From: a virus | Lineage: Duplodnaviria; Caudoviricetes | DNA: 37,663 nt | IMG/VR virus record: IMGVR_UViG_3300031689_000016 | Span: 1-37,663 of that record | Strand: one strand, 5' to 3' | Shown here: positions 35,147 to 37,663 of the stretch, one piece after another | How positions within the stretch are numbered: position 1 is the first letter of the stretch | Layout: the number at the start of each line of letters is the position of its first letter | Position numbers and translations under genes: made by a program | Notes under the pieces: model-generated | The model's database searches: none | Told to the model about the DNA's origin: nothing | The model's input: only the letters and a program-made list of their open reading frames with translations

Positions 35147-35539
35147 ATGAATATACTAGGTAAAATATTTTCAAGTGGAGCTACAGATCTTGTAAAGAGT
35201 GTAGGTGGTGTTATAGATAACTTAACTACTAGCCAGGAAGAAAAGCTAGAAGCAGAAAGAAAGATTCAGGAGATAATTCACTCTTATGAATCTAAAATGC
35301 AACAAGAAGTATCAGCTAGATGGAAGTCAGATATGGAATCAGACTCTTGGTTAGCTAAAAATGTACGCCCAATTATACTTTTATTTCTCGTTTTAAGTAC
35401 AATGATTCTTATCTTTATAGATGCAGGTTTTATAGACTTTCATGTGGATGGCACTTGGATTGACCTCTTACAATTAATCTTGTTAACAGTCATTGGTGCA
35501 TATTTCGGAGGAAGGAGTTGGGAGAAGGTTAAAAAATAA
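35147..35539 (+). CDS. Holin (3TM/GTA-type)
   Basis: VSARWKSDMESDSWLAKNVRP...GAYFGGRSWEK. Confidence 0.85.
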   Translation: MNILGKIFSSGATDLVKSVGGVIDNLTTSQEEKLEAERKIQEIIHSYESKMQQEVSARWKSDMESDSWLAKNVRPIILLFLVLSTMILIFIDAGFIDFHVDGTWIDLLQLILLTVIGAYFGGRSWEKVKK

Positions 35540-35554
35540 CAATACTTTTACTAT

Positions 35555-36640
35555 ATGGGAAAACGATTAAGACTTTCGGATGAAGAAGTTGATTTTATAT
35601 ATCAACACCGAGCAGGGGATTTAAAAAACCTCAACTATAACCTTTCGCACAATTCAGCTTTAGATGAGCATTTACTTGAAAGAGGTATTGAAAAGAAAGA
35701 TGTTATTTCAGTTAAACATTGGCAAAACATGGGTGGTGATTTACGATTTTCAGTAGTTACTAAACCTAATGTAGTTGATGAGAAAAATGTTTTTAGTAAT
35801 GTTTTAAAGCTTATTGAAGATAATGCTCCTAAATACCCTAAAATTATACATAAAGAAGGGCAACACTTATTGGTTATTAACCCAGCAGATGTTCATATTG
35901 GAAAGTATGCTAGTGCAAGGGAAACAGGTGAAGAATACAATATGGAAATTGCCATACAAAGAGTTTTAATGGGTGTTAGTGGGCTTATTCAAAAAGCTAA
36001 AGGTTTTGGGATAGATAGAGTGCTTTTTTGCATAGGAAACGATATTCTACATACAGATAATGTAATGTCAAGTACGACTAGAGGTACTTATCAAGATACA
36101 GATGGAAAATGGTGGGAGCATTATGAAGTTGCATTACAAGTTTATGTACATTGTGTAGAAATGTTAAGAGTAGTTGCTCCTGTAGATTGTGTACATTCAA
36201 TGAGTAATCACGATTTTCAGAGTGGATTTCACCTGGCACACGCTTTAAAGAGTTGGTTTAGAAATGCAGATGATGTTAATGTTGATTGTGGTGTATCAAA
36301 TCGTAAATATTATAGGTTTGGAAGTAATTTAATAGGACTTGAGCATGGAGATGGAGCAAAAATGGACAAACTTCCTCTTTTAATGGCACAGGAAAAACCA
36401 CAAGATTGGGCTAACACTACTCATAGATATTGGTATTTACATCATTTACATCATAAGATTAAGCACAAGTGGTTAGATGCTAAAGATTATATTGGTGTTA
36501 CTGTGGAATATATGAGGAGTCCATCTGCTAGTGATTCCTGGCACTCAGGGAAAGGATTTTGCGGTGTTCCAAAAGCAGTGGAAGGCTTTTTACACGACAA
36601 AGAAAGTGGGCAAGTAGCAAGATTTGTTCATTATTTCTAA
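35555..36640 (+). CDS. Calcineurin-like metallophosphoesterase
   Basis: DVHIG, GND, SNHD, HGD and HHLHH metal-binding motifs. Confidence 0.85.
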   Translation: MGKRLRLSDEEVDFIYQHRAGDLKNLNYNLSHNSALDEHLLERGIEKKDVISVKHWQNMGGDLRFSVVTKPNVVDEKNVFSNVLKLIEDNAPKYPKIIHKEGQHLLVINPADVHIGKYASARETGEEYNMEIAIQRVLMGVSGLIQKAKGFGIDRVLFCIGNDILHTDNVMSSTTRGTYQDTDGKWWEHYEVALQVYVHCVEMLRVVAPVDCVHSMSNHDFQSGFHLAHALKSWFRNADDVNVDCGVSNRKYYRFGSNLIGLEHGDGAKMDKLPLLMAQEKPQDWANTTHRYWYLHHLHHKIKHKWLDAKDYIGVTVEYMRSPSASDSWHSGKGFCGVPKAVEGFLHDKESGQVARFVHYF

Positions 36641-36700
36641 TTATACTGTAAAAAATCCTTTTATTTCTTTAATATGTCATTTTTTTTTTGTTATATTGTA

Positions 36701-36786
36701 ATGTTTTGTTGAAAATATAGTAATTATTACTATAACTTGTTAGAAAGTGATAAAGGAGGGCTTAAATGCTCTCCTTTTTCTTTTTT
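36701..36786 (+). ncRNA. Candidate ~85-nt small RNA
   Basis: TTATATTGTA box at 36691-36700, no real ORF, internal hairpin TATAGTAA-TTA-TTACTATA, ends in the terminator. Confidence 0.35.
36752..36786 (+). terminator. Rho-independent terminator
   Basis: AAAGGAGGGC-TTAAAT-GCTCTCCTTT then TTCTTTTTT. Confidence 0.85.
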
Positions 36787-36792
36787 ATAGTC

Positions 36793-37026
36793 AAATGTAC
36801 GCTAATCTTTCTCTTTATATGAATTTTTTGATCAGTCCTGGATATGCTAATCTAATCAGTCCAGGAGATGTTAATCCTGGCTTTCCAGCCTTATTTTATT
36901 TTATATTTTAATCATCCTGGATTTGATAATTTGATCAGTCCAGGCTTTTAGTCATCCTGGATTTTAGGCTTAAATGTACGGTGAATTTTCTCTTTTAAAT
37001 GTACGGTACAAATCCTCTTTATATGT
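36793..37026. repeat. Cluster of six TCCWGG and three AAATGTACG repeats
   Basis: CCWGG at 36837, 36861, 36876, 36916, 36940, 36956; AAATGTACG at 36793, 36972, 36997. Confidence 0.85.
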
Positions 37027-37127
37027 AAATAACATTTTCATCATAAATTTAATTTCGTTTTATCTAATTATGCGTGATTGCATATAATCTTATCTCATTT
37101 CATCTCATTATATTTAATGTGATATAA

Positions 37128-37160
37128 TTTGCATATCTAAAAAAGTCTTTGTTATATGTA
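37128..37160 (+). promoter_or_regulatory. Host-type promoter TTTG-N21-TATATGTA
   Basis: Same architecture as the promoters at 24164 and 18618; upstream of ORF 37186. Confidence 0.45.
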
Positions 37161-37185
37161 ATTAATATTAATCAAACAAAACACA

Positions 37186-37663
37186 ATGAAAACATTTAAG
37201 CAAGACTTTCTAACAACAAAAGAAAAAATGACTCCACAAGAGTTTAACAAGAATAATAATGATGATTTAGAGGTAGGTGAAGAAACTATATATATATATG
37301 TATATATGGAGTTCTACTACATACATATTAATGGGGAAGAGAAAAGGGGGGGTGAGAAAAGCTATGGATTAACACTAGGCAATGAATATATTGAGAGTGA
37401 TAATCTTAATGAGTTAGAGATAAAACTATACAATGATTGGTTTATTGATAATGTTATGGGTAAGGAAGAGTGGCTACCTTATGTTGGAATACACACAAAT
37501 CACACAAGTGGACATTACTATATTATGTTTGAAGATATGGGATTTGATGTTGAGGATATTAGTTATGGCAATGATATAGTTGATTGTCTTAGGTTAAGTA
37601 TTAATAACATAGAATTGTTTGATGTATTACTACCTAATAGTGCTAATGATGATAGTGATAGAG
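37186..37663 (+). CDS. Acidic hypothetical protein, truncated by the window end (likely early gene)
   Basis: MKTFKQDFLTTKEKMTPQEF... is open to the end; start context AAACAAAACACAATG. Confidence 0.75.
   Translation, partial: MKTFKQDFLTTKEKMTPQEFNKNNNDDLEVGEETIYIYVYMEFYYIHINGEEKRGGEKSYGLTLGNEYIESDNLNELEIKLYNDWFIDNVMGKEEWLPYVGIHTNHTSGHYYIMFEDMGFDVEDISYGNDIVDCLRLSINNIELFDVLLPNSANDDSDR

Noticed and set aside
1868-35148. Short ORFs antisense to or nested in real genes (e.g. 1868-2110, 2770-3000, 4069-4422, 13037-13321, 24269-24526, 31099-31368, 33904-34149)
   Set aside because: Shadow ORFs of well-supported genes, with no motifs or start context.
36793-37026. CRISPR mini-array
   Set aside because: The repeats are only 7-11 bp, of mixed types and irregularly spaced, and no cas genes are present.
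1-37663. Stop-codon reassignment, tRNA genes, integrase/att sites, introns or inteins
   Set aside because: Genes tile densely under code 11 with all three stop codons used. I saw no cloverleaf in the intergenic gaps and no recombinase motif, and TerL and the helicase have normal lengths.

Overview
An AT-rich (roughly 30% GC by eye) tailed dsDNA phage genome segment, probably most of a siphovirus genome. The host is likely a Bacteroidota/Flavobacteriia bacterium, because starts are A-rich and SD-less and TAnnTTTG-type promoters occur. Layout: (i) 1-540 non-coding, with a G/T-only tract inside an inverted repeat; (ii) 599-15687 (+) terminase subunits, a frameshifted tail-chaperone pair, tail proteins and tape measure; (iii) 15668-24109 (-) RusA, C5 methyltransferase, primase-helicase, HTH initiator, SSB-like, DnaA-domain-IV-like and annealing proteins plus small ORFs; (iv) 24234-36640 (+) Clp-type prohead protease, capsid, tail tube, portal, connector, fibres, LamG protein, lysis cassette and a metallophosphoesterase; (v) 36641-37185 non-coding, with an orphan promoter-terminator unit and a TCCWGG/AAATGTACG repeat cluster, then a truncated ORF. 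I saw no integrase, tRNA, CRISPR array or reverse transcriptase. The most unusual signals are non-coding: two promoter classes (one with the -33 TTTG replaced by TTCCAAACT), candidate small RNAs, the CCWGG array and the G/T tract. All protein calls come from recalled motifs and synteny, not from database searches.
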